DNA of 64,000 bases from Adineta vaga (lineage: Eukaryota > Animalia > Rotifera). The translations under genes and the position numbers were made by a program. Where the stretch lies: the NCBI GenBank assembly GCA_021613535.1, contig CP075496.1:15128001-15192000 (forward strand), read 5' to 3'. Shown piece by piece: positions 24,501-37,740 of this stretch. Below the pieces are notes generated by a model. The model was not told where the DNA came from. It ran no database searches and was given only the letters and a program-made list of their open reading frames with translations. How positions within the stretch are numbered: position 1 is the stretch's first letter; the number at the start of each line of letters is the position of its first letter.

Positions 24501-26277
24501 CATCAATTTGTATTTGTCCAATGAATAAATTTGGTCGAAAATGTTATTTAAATAATTCAATTTGTCAATTAGAAAATAATTCGTGTCAAAATAATGGACA
24601 ATGTATTCCAATTGATGATCGAATTGGTATGAAGAAATTTACATGTTTATGTCCAGAAAATTTCAATGGAGAAAAATGTGAAAATAAAATTCAGAATATA
24701 ATTGATATTGAATTTGATGAAAATATAATTAAAAGTGATTCAGCTGTTTTCGTACATTTGATGAGATCATTTGGAGGTGAAAATCTCCAACATACAATAT
24801 TATTAAAAAAAATTAGATATGGACAAAATAGAATTAGAATTTATGTAACAATATCTTTTCATATTGTATTTATTGAATCTATTAATGGAAATTATTATTT
24901 AATTGTAGTAAGAGAACAATTTATTGAATCGGAATATATTGAAACTAAATTATTATCAAATCAACAACAATGTGTTTTTATAGATCAATTATTAAATATA
25001 ACTATTAAAAGTTATTCATATCTTGATCGTATTAAATATTATCCATTCTTCTGTCGACAAAACAAAGAATTAATGTGTTTTTATGATGAAAATTATATGT
25101 GTTTATGTGATCTTGATCGATTTTCGAATTGTTTCATGTTCGATCATAATGCAGCTTATGATTGTCAAGGAGAAAATGACTGTGAAAATGGTGGAAAATG
25201 TTTTCAAGATAATACAACATGTCCTGTTGTATCATTATGCATATGTCCAGATTGTTTCTATGGTACAAAATGTCAATTTACTACACAAGGTTTTGTTTTA
25301 TCACTTGATTATATTCTTAGTTATCATATTAAACCAAATGTTTCACTTTCTGAACAACCTATAATTGTCAAAATGAGTATAGTTATTATAACAATTACGT
25401 CTGTTGTTGGATTAATCAGTGGAATTTTATCAGTATTAACATTTCGTAGAAAGAAAACAAGAGATGTTGGTGTTGGTTTATATTTGTTTGTTTCTTCATG
25501 GATTTCTATATTAATAATAATTATTTTGTTAATCAAATTTTGTCAATTAATTTTATTTCAAATGAGAATAGTTACAAATTCAACATTATTTACTATAAAT
25601 TGCATTTTATTAGATATGATTATATTAAAGTTCTTATAGCTTCAAATGATTGGCTTGATGGATGTGTTTCAATTGAACGAATAGTTGCTGTTATGAAAGG
25701 CGTCAGTTTTAATAAAGTTAAAAGTAAAAAATTGGCTAAATGGATAAGTTTAACAGTTATTATTGTAATAATTCTCACTCATCTTCATGATCCTCTTAAT
25801 CGTCATGTTATTAATGATATTGATATTGATGAGCAACGTATTTGGTGTTTAGTAAAATATTCTCCTTCGATTAATATCTTTAATTCATTTATTACTCTCT
25901 CTCATTTTCTTATTCCTGTTGCAATTAATTCATGTTCAATAATAATTGTTATAATATTAGTAGCTCGATCTCGTTCAATTGTTCGACCAAGTTTATCTTT
26001 TATCGAACATTTGAAATTACAATTCAAAGAACATAAACATCATTTTATTGCATCATGTGCTTTGGTATTATTATCCATACCACGTCTTATTATATCATTT
26101 ATAAGTGGTTGTATGAAATCACCAAGTAATTCATGGTTATTTCTTTTCGCTTATTTTATTTCATTTTTACCATCAATGATGATATTTTTTATATATGTAT
26201 TATCATCAACAACTTATAAAGAAGAATGTAATATTATTGTTCAAAAAATAATTCGACGGTTTCGTAACAGAACATAA
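21575..26277 (+). pseudogene. LDLa-repeat/EGF-repeat rhodopsin-type GPCR, single frameshift near 25625
   Basis: Signal peptide, LDLa repeats (CLDWREICDG..DC..GEDE), EGF repeats and a 7TM region (SIER in TM3) split between ORFs 21557-25639 and 25498-26277. The frameshift could be an assembly error. Confidence 0.8.
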
Positions 26278-26863
26278 TTGTTTCTCTCAAAAAACATTTG
26301 CTTAATTGTACGGCTGATCAAAATTTCTTTCATTATTAAACAAGTAACGCTCATCATTTCGACTCTCTTAATCATCGACTGAATGGTTAAGTTTGTTTGT
26401 TCCGTCGACTGAAAGAGGGTCATATGAAAAAAATAGTTTGTTTGTTGCTTATCTTCGAATCAAGGACCAATAAACACATCTACATAAAAAATATCGAGGC
26501 CTCTGCTAAAAGGGCATCATAGGTCCTCAAGAGCTAATATATCGAGCTGACCTCGTAGTCGTCCTATAATTCCTATATTTTTGGAATTAGTCCTATTATT
26601 TTCTGAAATATCCTATATTCGAAAAATGGAAGGTTTTTCTAGGAAAAATTGTATATTCTGGAAAACCATGACGTTAGAGTATTTTCAAGAGTAATAGTTT
26701 ACGTAAACGATAGCGGCACATATACAGAGTACACCAGAAGTTTTGCGGCATTTTTTATTTTGCATATATCTCGGCGTAAGTCAAAGATATAATCTCGATT
26801 TTTTTTAAGAAGCTCCTTAGAAACCCATACAAGGATAGTAATAACAAATCTTGGTGGCCTTAT

Positions 26864-27056
26864 GTCAGGGTGTGGGTGTAGGTGTGAGTGTGAGTGTGGG
26901 TGTGTGGGTGTGGGTGTGGGTGGGGTGTGGGTGTGGGTGAGGGTGGGTGTGGGGGTGAGAGTGGGTAATGAAAAAGAAGATACCCACACCCACATCCACA
27001 ACCACGCACACCCTCACCACCCACACCCACACCCACACCCACACCCACACCCTGAC
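26864..27056. repeat. Head-to-head telomeric-repeat cassette #6 (longest, 193 bp)
   Basis: GTCAGGG(TGTGGG-like)n-TAATGAAAAAGAAGAT-(ACCCAC)n CCCTGAC. Cuts off the TPR gene. Confidence 0.95.
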
Positions 27057-29253
27057 CACGAACTCGATAGGACGTGAAAAATTGGTATGATCATCTGGCA
27101 AGCATTTTTTCCAGCTTATTGAAGCTTTATCACAATTTGTTGTAGCTACTTGCGTATTGTTTTGTGATAGTTCAACTATAGCCATGTTCAAATAGATCGA
27201 TCCTCGTAGTTGTTCATCAGGATGATCTAATTTTGATAGACATTGCAATGCTTTTTCAAACATTCGCATCGATGCTTTCCAGTCTTTAAGTAATAAATAT
27301 GAATAATCGATGTTGCTATAAATCATTGGAAGTAATTTCATTGCTCGTCCAGTCATTTGAAGTTTCGAATGAAGTTGCGATGCTGTTTGGTAATGAACAA
27401 GTGATGCTTTTGGATCATCTTTCTGAGCATAATAATAATAATTATAATAATAACGTCCCATAGGCTATTCGCCCGTTGGGGCCGGCCGCGGTTATTATTA
27501 GTATTTTTTCCACATGCAGCCGGGTTCTATCGTCTTTTCTTTTTACGGACGGCGGTATCTGCACCCTCTTCCGTCCAACATACTGACTAAGCGTGTAGTC
27601 AGTATGGATGACTCATGTGGAATGAGTCATTTAGACAACTTAGCCGTTAGTGACTTGTCCAGGGTCATTCCATGGGTGACGTTACTGAGGTTTGAACACA
27701 GTACCATGTAGTCACGTGTCGGACACGTAACCACTCATCCATGGCGGCTTTTTGAGCATAAACGACACCCATATTATTGTAAAGTTCACACCGATCGATT
27801 ATATGTTTCGCATCATATGTTGCTACCTTTTCTATCATCATAGAAAAATAACGCTCGGCACGAACAAGATCACCTAGCTTGAGAAAAAGAATACCAAAGT
27901 CAGCTATTGTTGGCTGTTCTTTAGTTTCAAGGCCAATATATTGTTTAAGCATTTTAAGTTGTTCATCGTCTTTATCTTTCATATTTAACTTGACATGGCA
28001 TACAAACGATGTCTTTGCACTAGGTTCTTCCACGGATGCTACACGACATATGGTGCCTAATGAAAGTAGAACTTCTTCTTCTTCTTTAAAAAGACTCCAC
28101 TCTTTAATATTAGCGTATGGTTGAGAAGTAACAACAGAACTCATCGATTGTAGCAGTGTGATTTCAAATAGAACAGGTTCAACATTACTACGTTTGTCAA
28201 CTGCTTCCTTTGCAAAAAGAATGGCACCATTTTTGTTTTCTGATGTTGATACGAAGGTATTAAACGAAATGAGTCCATCAATATTCGTTGATAGTACATT
28301 AATTTCAGCTATAGACATCGCTTGCCCACGATATACAACGAAAATATCCGATGAAGCATTCGCATGTAATTCGCATAATTTTTCATGAAGATCTTTGATA
28401 AAAAATCGATATTTAAAAATAATATCAATATTTTCTGTTCTTAATGCTTTATTTAATAAACGATAAAGAAAACATTCGCGTGTATACCACCACCAAATTG
28501 TATTATTTGATAGATTTTTTGAATAATCATTTTCAAATTCTTGAATAATGTCTAGTTGAACGGCTTGTCCATGATATTGTGCACGACTCTCAGTTAACAT
28601 ATCTGTTTTGGCGCTTTCAGTTTGTGGCATTCATATGAGCGTCTCCATTAGCCATTGATACCAAATAAATCTTGCATTTTCGTCAGTGAGAGCACGAATA
28701 GATTTTTCTCGCGTATCATTTTTAAAAAACTTACTGATAATAAGTTCTGAGAGTAAACTTTCACATCGGTTGTTAGTTCGGAGAAAAATTGTGTTTTATT
28801 ATCATAAACACCACGAATTTTGGTATAAGATCTTGCCCAAAGTTCATGTTTAGCTTTGTAACAACAGAAAACATATATATAAGCAATTTGAGGCAAATGA
28901 TGAATTTGTCCTGTGGTCGTTTCGCCAAATGAGCCAGAAACAACGAGAAAAATAGTTTCTTTTGTTACAGATCTAATATTATCGGTACATTCATCCAATA
29001 CTGTAAATGTTTTGAGATAGTTAATTGACGAACGCAAACGTGTTTGTGTATCTAAACAATCTTCTGTGCTATTAATATTCGCGTCTAACCATAAGACAGT
29101 TAAATCTTCTAGATTTTGATTGATAATCTCTTCGGATGTGGATAGGATAGAGCTTGAGACAACAGACGACGTTTCACTTGAGGTTAATCTTCCAAAGAAC
29201 TTTTTTATTGATGTAGTTCCATTCGATTTTGCACTTGAAGCGCTATGAGCCAT
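27057..29253 (-). pseudogene. ADP-ribosyltransferase (R-S-E type) + TPR protein with N-terminal receiver-like domain
   Basis: VLWLD domain, WWYTRE...YRLLNKALR, ART motifs VYRGQ, FVSTS and EEEVL, and TPRs (YNNMG, YLNMA). Disrupted by a frameshift near 28720, a TGA at 28631-28633, a SINE insertion and cassette #6. Confidence 0.85.
27433..27747 (-). mobile_element. tRNA-derived SINE (about 315 bp) with (TTA)n tail
   Basis: 14-bp TSD CTTT(C/T)TGAGCATAA (27419-27432, 27748-27761). Pol III A-box TGGATGAGTGG (27731-27741) and B-box GTTCAAACC (27689-27697). Removing it restores the host frame VYAQK-DDPK. Confidence 0.88.
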
Positions 29254-29539
29254 GTAATTTTCGTTTTTAGTGAATGAATTGATGGTCAAAACAATTCACA
29301 TGCACTTTCTGTGTTAGAAATAATTCTTTTTTTTTTCATTCTGCTCTCTTTTCGCAGAAATGAATCTTATTATTTCAAATATTTTTACGGAAAATATGTG
29401 AATAAACAAACTTCTTGATCAACGATAGAAACAAAGAACAGAAAGAAAGTATATTTCGTAGAACGCATCGCTTTTTGTACAGAATCAAATTTTTCTGGCT
29501 TCAGTCTTTACTTCAACATTTCGATATTGATCTTTAATC

Positions 29540-32500
29540 ATGAAAAGTACATCAAGAATTGATATATTAAAAGATTTAATTACTAAAGTCGATGCTCTAC
29601 AAAAACTTGGTGATGGTTTTGGAATGTTATTTCGTCGTTTGAATGCTTTACTTAAAAAAATACAGTCTGCAAAAAAGCAACCTACTCTATCTACTGAGTT
29701 CGATTCATTACTTGAAAGTATTGGTACGTTTCTCGAACAGGAACAAAAAGAATTACAAATATCTGAATTCAATCAATTTAACCTACGTTTATTAGATTAT
29801 TTAATCAGTCTTACTAACGATTCAAAGAAGAAAATCGAACTATTCACTGCTGTTCTTCGTGATGATCGGGTAGTTAGAAAAGAACAATATGCAAATGAAC
29901 TTCGTCAGCGTGAATCATTGCGCAAAGTTTTAATTCATGCTGCTTTAAAAGATCTTAGTCAAGAGAGTAAAAAAATACTCGAAACATTAAATTCTCAGTT
30001 CAAACCAATAGTTAAACCGTATATAGATAAATGTATTAGTGTACATGGTACTATACAAGTCAGAGGATTGGAACAAATTACTCAAAATTTTGGCGCGAGA
30101 TTTTACGGACAAAAGCCAGTGAAAACAGTAAATTCGAAAGCACCTCTTGTAGTGACTGTCGACATTCCGCTTCAATCCGAACACGTTTGTTTTCGTGCAG
30201 ATAAATCAACTGCTTTCGAACGGGAACAAGCTCGTGAAGCCATGGTAGTAGGTTCGAAGCCAACCGATGAATATGATGAAGTTTTATGGACGAAATTGGC
30301 TGCGGCACCTTATATGCCATCGTTAGTTGAACGGGATCGTTTCGTTAGTAAAGAAGATGAAAATCAAAGTTTGTCTCCTGGCAGTGTTTTACAAAAGAAT
30401 CGTTGGATGGTCATCTTAGGTAATCCAGGTAGTGAAAAGACAACTCTTGTACGTTGGCTGGCTCTTAAATTTGCTCAAATACTCAAGCGAGAAGAACATC
30501 TAGTGAAGTTATTTAATTTTACTGGAGAAGTTGCAAAGTCTGAAACAATTAATGTTGGTCCTAGTCGTATTCCTATACTAATTCGAGTAGGTGAGTATGG
30601 TGATGCTCTTCGGGTGAACAATACACTTTCACATTTCGATTATATTGGTCGTCATCAATGGATTGGACAAACATTTATAAATATTGCTTCAGAAACAGAA
30701 CGTAACCGTGCTATTACATAATTGAGTCATGCATTAAAAACTTATGTTCAAGCGGGACAAGCACTTATTATTTTGGATGGTCTTGATGAAATTCCAGCGT
30801 CTGAACAACGACATTGCATTGTTGAACGAATAGAACATTTTGTCAATCAATTTGTTCAAACTCCGTCTTGTGTTTCAGCTTTTGATCAAGAAAAATTTGG
30901 TTTTAGCTGGAATCAATTGTCTGAAATGGATTTACCAATGAATGCTGGAGGAAATCAGATTATCGTAACAAGTAGAATTGTTGGGTATCATGCAGGACCT
31001 TTAAAATGAAACTTTGCTCATTTTACTCTTGAACCTTTAAAATTACCAGGTATCGATCTATTTATTGATCATTGGTTTAATGCTGTACATCGACAATTAT
31101 TACGTATTCTACGAATTCCATCTCAAACTGAAGAAATGATCAAATCAAAAATAAATAAACAGACAAGTTTATTAAAAAAAGAAATTCAAAATCCAAATTA
31201 TAAAGGTTTAAGAGAATTGGCTTCCAATCCATTATTACTTTCTGTTATATGCATGATGTCTTTTCAATCACATGATCAAGTTACAAATGCCTTACCGGTA
31301 CATCGTGTCTGTTTATATCAAGATGCTGTACAATAGATGTTGAATGCGTGGCGTAGTCGAGATTCATCAATAAGTATGATTATGGTAAAATCTGTACTAT
31401 GTAATATTGCAACATATATACATAAAAATTCAGCATCTGGTTTAATTGAACAATCAACAATGACTCGATTATGTTCTGAAAGTTTAACGACATCAACAAA
31501 TGAGACAAATGAAGAACGTGTTTCTAGTTTTGTACGAATTATTCGCGAGGAAATCGGTGTTCTTGCAGCTCGTGGTGAATATGCATATGGTTTTCTTCAT
31601 TTAACATTTCAAGAATATTTTGTAGCATTAGAAATGCTTGATGTAGACATGAATGTATCAGTAGAAAAAGCTGAAAGTGTCGTTAGTCGTTTTTTTGAAC
31701 ACATGAATGATCCACGTTATCGCGAACCATTATTACTTGCAATGGAATTAATTAGTTGGAAATGTTCTCCTGGAGAATATGATAGTATTTGTTGTGAACT
31801 TTTATCAAAACGAACATTTCAAAGTGAGATATTTACTTCGTTAATTCCACTTGGAGCGATGTTATTCGTAAGTTCAGTTGGTGATCTTGTGAAACTTCCT
31901 TCAAATACACTCATCTTTGATGCTTTCGATCAAATTTTATTTGCTGCGACTGAACATCAATGGCATTCGTTTTTTCCCGATCTTGAAGCATTGATAGCTA
32001 ATGGTTTATCAAAATTACCGTTAAATATTTCACAACAATGGGCACTTCGTTATTTAACTTCATCTACAAATTCAATATCTCAAGTTGTTTGATTTTGTCA
32101 TATTCTTGTAGCATGTGCAAATCAAAATACGCCTCCATCTTTAAGTTCAATTCCATGGTTAGATCAATCGATAGTGAATTTATTATGGACTCTTCTTTCA
32201 CTTGAATATCAAGATGAAGAACTTATTATTGATTATACATTAGTTCAGTTAGTACAAACATATCCATCATGGTTTGATTCTTCACGCTTACGATTTCGTG
32301 CTTTTGTCATAAACCGAAATATTATTATATCATCTAATCTACTATCACTTGTCATTGCTTTTATATGGTGGGCTCCGACGAGACGAAAATCATCAAATTC
32401 ATTTCGATGCAAAATATATTCATCGTGATTCATCATTGAGTCCATTACTCATTCGTTATTTTCATCCTGATGATAAATCCGCTAAGGAAACAAAACTTGC

Positions 32501-35500
32501 CAGTATCATTGAGTATTGTATTCGTTCCATAAAAAGTTTAACACCAATCGACCATTCACTTCGAGCTGTTGATTCATTTCTAGCATTATTCTGTTTGAAA
32601 AATATAAATGATACAACATTTTATCAGCCATATATCAAATACAAAGCATTTCACTTAGCACAAAAACGTATTAAACGAGTGTTCGAAAATTTAAACGAGT
32701 TTTACTTTTCAACAAAGGATTGTATATCTTCTGCCAGTACAGATGGAACAGAAATTATCAATAAACTGGTTGAAATTAACGAGTTCGATGATGAAAATAG
32801 TCCGATAGATTCATCGGTAGTGAAAAATTTTCTTAATAATCTCTCGGCTATTATTGATGCAGTAAATCATTTACAATCTAAGAAAAGTTCATTTTTATAT
32901 CCTGGTAAGAAAAATAAATCCAGTTGTCGAGTTACTCTACCGTCATTTTTTCATAAAACAGCACTTACGGAACATTTGTTACTGATGGCTGATGATAATA
33001 CAAATAGGTTTACCAAAGTTCCTTCGTCATTTTTGGTCATTACATCTAGCTCCAGGATCGTACGAAGACACAAGTTATAAAAGATGTATTGAAATAGATT
33101 GTCCAAGTTCTGGTATGGCTTTATGCCACAACAGAACACCATTATTCGCTCTAACCTTTTGTTCACAATTAATACAAAAGATATACATTCAATTAATAGA
33201 TAGTGGTCAATGTATACTTGAAAAAGATGGTACATTCGATAGTAAAGAATGTATATATGAAGCTCAATTACTAATAGAATGCGTTCTTCAATTGCATAAC
33301 TGTCTTTGTTGCAAATACACCATGACATATTTGCTGATTCTCTTACATTATCTATTAAAAAGAAATCGATTGGAGAATTTCGCTGCCAGTTTCATCTGGA
33401 CATTGAAATCTCACAATTTAAAGGAACATTATTATTCAACGATCAATAGAATATCTGATGATCAACCAGAAGAAGAAGAAAAAGAAGAACAAGAACAAGA
33501 ACAAGAAAAAGTTTATAACGAAGTGAATATCATTTCTGATACGATTAATTTTGAAATGGATCGTCTACAAGAAATTTTAAATCAATCTCATCGACATGAT
33601 CAACATTTATACAGCAGTATTCTATCTCTTACTCATATATGCTGGTTCACGTCTGATGTGCCATTAAAATGGCAATTATTCAAAACAGCTATTTAAGCGA
33701 TGAATTTAATGTCCAATTCTATATTGAAAATACATCTATTAAGTGTCATATTATCACATCCTTGTGTGACACCATTATTATCAACAGCGATTTTTCAAAG
33801 TCGAACATTGCAAGATGAATTTATAATGTCTATAAAACAATTATCATTCATTGAATCTCCTATGATTACATCGTTATTAATAGTACGTTGTTTTCCACAT
33901 GCACACAATAATGACATTCGATCACAATTAGTTGATATACTTTTTAAAAAATTTCATAATTTGAAAATATCCTCTTCTGAAGAAGCTGAAATCATTGGCG
34001 AAATTTTATCCACCTGTTCTGCGGCCAACCTTGATCCATTATTTATTCAAGAGCAACAAAAACAATTGAGAATACGTAATATGAAATCTTGCATACATCT
34101 CAACAATCTCAATTCACCTATCAGCATACATTTTACTCCTAGTCAACAGACAACATTAGCAGCGTACCATTTAGTTGAACTCGCTCATGATGTACAGAGA
34201 CTAACATTTGGACAAAATATCTCAAGTTCGTCAGAACATTTATTAAATAGCGATGGAATTCTCACAGCATTACTAGCAACAAATATGACACAACAAATTC
34301 GATCAACCTCATTTGATCTAGAAAAAATCGATGAACTACTTCAATCTTTCCAGGAGGTGACTCCTAATGCGGTACAGATTGTTCAAGAGTGGCTTTTATA
34401 TGACAAAGATGAATAAAAAATACTGAGATATCATGCTGCCCTTCTTCTATCCTATTCTAACATTTGGTCTGTCCTTGGTATAAATACTTTATGTGATATG
34501 TTATTGAGTAAACTCGACCGATTTCGACAACGAACTGAATTTTTTATGCGAACACATACTATACCATGGCGGAGTTCGCAGCTTGGCTTAGATGTTTTTC
34601 TTGCACTAGCCGAAAAGCATTTCACTTTTGGAACCATATCTCCTTATGCGTCGGTAGTAACATTTTTGGCATTTGAAAAACTTCAGATAGACGACATTGA
34701 TCATCTTGTTGAATTGATGAAACGGGAAAAGCATCAGATAGAAGCTGAACTAAAGGTATCAGAGAGTAAAGATAAGAATGTTCAGATGAATCAATCTTAT
34801 ATGAAAGTGCCACATACAGTTTCAACACCTGTTCTTTCTCATTTTATCAAAATGATCGAAAGTGAGATTGATGAAACAATGAAAGCAGAAACAGAAACAT
34901 TGTCATCGGAAGCACAAGTACAATATATAGAACGTTTACTTAATGCGTCTATTTTTCACTGGACTACAGTGGGTACACAAGAAAGGATGTTTCTCGATAT
35001 GGCTCAACGTATTTTAAATAATATTACAATCAATGTCAGAATTCGTGCAATGATTGTATTTTCACTAGGTTATTGTAGCACTGGTGGTCTTCCTATTTTG
35101 CAAGCTGAAATTTTGAAGGTAGAATCTTTTGAACTACTTCCGATTGCAGTTAGCTCCTACTGTTACTGTATCCGTAGAACCTATAACGCTCAAGACGATT
35201 CAGCAAGAACTATTATACAAAGCTCTTTAGAATCTATTATTAGTCTACTGAACCATTCTTCCGATGATGTTGCCCAAGCTGCAGCTGATGGATTAGCTAG
35301 TGTATATGCAGCATGGGATGATGGTTTAAGCGTTCTTCTAGATACTCTTCAGCATGATCATATTCGAGCATACACCGCTCTATTAAATGCAACAAAAGAT
35401 TTGACAGACAATGCGATCAATCAAAAATGCGTACATCGAGCAGCTGAACTAATCGAACAATATTCATCATCTCTTCTACCACTTTTTCTTCTCGAATTAT

Positions 35501-35620
35501 ATCATAGTATCAAATATTTTCATACTTCAGTTCTTCTCATAAGATCACCGCCAGGATACCGAGGTATTAATGCAACTGTTGAAGTTGCAGCACTGCTTGT
35601 TCGAAAAATGCCTGCTGCTT
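29540..35620 (+). pseudogene. Large NACHT (STAND NTPase) protein with helical/HEAT-like C-terminal repeats
   Basis: Walker A GNPGSEKTT (G>E), Walker B ILDGLDE, IIVTSR, ASNPLLL and FLHLTFQEYF. At least 6 in-frame stops and 2 frameshifts. Ends abruptly at cassette #7. Confidence 0.88.
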
Positions 35621-35690
35621 GAGGGTGTGGGTGTGGGTGGGTGTGGATGAGAGTTTGCTGATTAAAGATTAAGAACCCACACCCACCCTC
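35618..35690. repeat. Head-to-head telomeric-repeat cassette #7
   Basis: CTTGAGGGTGTGGGTGTGGGTGGGTGTGG-spacer-ACCCACACCCACCCTC. Its TGA supplies the stop of the NACHT ORF. Confidence 0.9.
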
Positions 35691-37196
35691 TCTTGTCTAC
35701 GAGAAAGAAAATACTCTGTTGTCTCTCTTCCGTAGATATTGTTCGTTTAGTAGCATTCTAAACAGACAAAGACTATCAAAATACTAATGTGATGTAATTT
35801 GTAGCAGTTAATCAACTAGTTGTATTTTTCTCAGTTTCTACTCAGACTTTCGCTTGTATGTTCGAATGCTAACAAACATCTTCCGAAAAGTTGCAAGGAA
35901 ACGCGGTTATTTGTGTCAAAACGGATATGACAGTAAAAAGTGTATTATAGAGAAATATAGAAATGGTTAGCCGTAAGTGGTCGACTGGAGGGAGGCCAAC
36001 GAACGACCAGACGTGAATGTGTATAGTTACTAATAAAATAAAGTTTAAAAGTAAAACCGAAGTACTCTAAATCGTTTTATCTGAAGACGTGGATTACTAT
36101 TCTTTAGGAGTAACGCTGACGACGTACCACACTGTTAAGGCGAAAAAATTGAAAAGTATAAGGCATCCTGAACAATATTATAAAAGTATCGGATGCCTGA
36201 GAACCGTCTATTAATTACACTATAAAAGTCTGATTTTTACTCGGATTAAGTTTCTTTTTTGACAAACGATAGAGAGTGATAAAAAGTGTATATTATGAAC
36301 AGCTAGTCGTGAGTGGCCGACTGAAGGGAGGCCGACGAACGACTAGCTGTTTGCATTTGGATTTATCGTAAGCCCAATAAATGATAGATGTAATGCTTTA
36401 AGAAAGTTTCAAACGATTCGATTCCTCAGTGAAAATAATTTCCTTCTAAACGTTGAGAATAAAAACTTCATGCGGTTCAAGGTACATTAATGCTGATGTA
36501 GTACTGTGTACTCGCCGTAGGATTAGTAGACATATATATGCAGTTATATCATCTTGAAATTTTTCAGAAATGACTGACAATTCTAAGCGGTCACGTAATA
36601 TCATTCGCAACGTTTCTATAGAAAACTTCCTCCTTAGTTGTATTCTGAAACTTAAGTGTAACAAGTAATACTTTTTCTATAAACAATGATTGAAATTAAG
36701 GAGCATTTTTTATAATATACATATGAAATGTATACATATTCTTATACAACATACATCGCTATAAGGAGTATAGCTTCTTGTTAGCTTTCCTGCAATTAAG
36801 AAATCTGTGACATAAAATATAATCATAAATCAATTTCTTTTCATCAAAGCCATTCTGAATTTTTTGTCGAAAAGGGTCAGGTAATCCCTCGGATAAGCGT
36901 TACTTGTCATTTATTCACTTATGACACATTCGTATACCTCCTTATTTATCCTCTGTAGTCGACGCCACTCAGTTGAGTGCATTTATCCACCTCTATATAC
37001 ACCTAATGATAACCTGTTCATGAACTAACTTCTAGATTGATACGAAAAACTCGATCCGCTCGACATTAGATTTCTAAAAACGGGTGTTGAAAAATTCAAA
37101 TCAAGGAAAAGTTTGACTTGTCGAGTCTGGATGGCAGCAAAGAATCATTACATATAAATAAATAGATCGTAGCTCAGAATCTTACAAGAAAGTTAT

Positions 37197-37740
37197 TAGA
37201 CATCGTCTACGAAGTGTTCCTTTCAGTGGAGGGTTTAGCAACGTTTGCGTTGCGTTACTTGTGTTCAGACGTGTTCTCGGTGTTATTTTGCGCCTAGGAA
37301 ACCACCATACAAAGTTTGGAGAGTTTACCCATCATAAAAGCACTTGAGTGAAATTTCACCCAAATCATTTATGTCACCCACAGGACTTGAGGACCTATGG
37401 GTACCCCTATAATAAAGAACTTGAGGACACCAGGGTAATGCACATGAAGTCCATCAGACTGATATATCCTGTGAAAATGGCGAAAAACAAATTTGGGCAA
37501 AAAATCCCTGTACTCCTTCTCAGGGATGGTCTGGCCAGTTTCCAGTTTTTTTACGAGAACTCAAGCAATTCTTGACTGATCGGTCTCATCTTCGAACTCG
37601 ACTGAGATATTAATGAGGCTAAACTGTGTGGAAAATTTCAGCTCAATCGAACTCTCCTTTCGAAAGTTATCGGATAAACGGACGGACGGACACACTGACC
37701 GATTTTAGTAGTGTACTCACTTTTTGAGTACACAAAAAAA
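37197..37740 (+). mobile_element. Putative Helentron-associated (DINE-1/HINE-like) non-autonomous element
   Basis: (GGAC)n microsatellite at about 37680-37691, terminal hairpin GTGTACTCA-CTTTT-TGAGTACAC (37711-37733), then an A run. The 5' boundary is uncertain. Confidence 0.45.

Noticed and set aside
26864-27056. True chromosome end or contig mis-join
   Set aside because: The tracts are short, degenerate, internal and recurrent, and one spacer is shared between two copies. Read-level checking is still needed.
26699-27077. ORFs rich in HP/HT/VG/VW dipeptides (also 37638-38084, 37827-38015 and the tail of 1464-1757)
   Set aside because: Translation artefacts of telomeric hexamer repeats.
27680-27750. 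Functional tRNA gene
   Set aside because: It has A and B boxes but no convincing complete cloverleaf, and it continues into a body and tail with a TSD, so it is a SINE head.
29540-35622. Stop-codon reassignment or readthrough in the NACHT gene
   Set aside because: All three stop types occur together with frameshifts and a mutated Walker A, and other genes use standard stops, so pseudogenisation is simpler.
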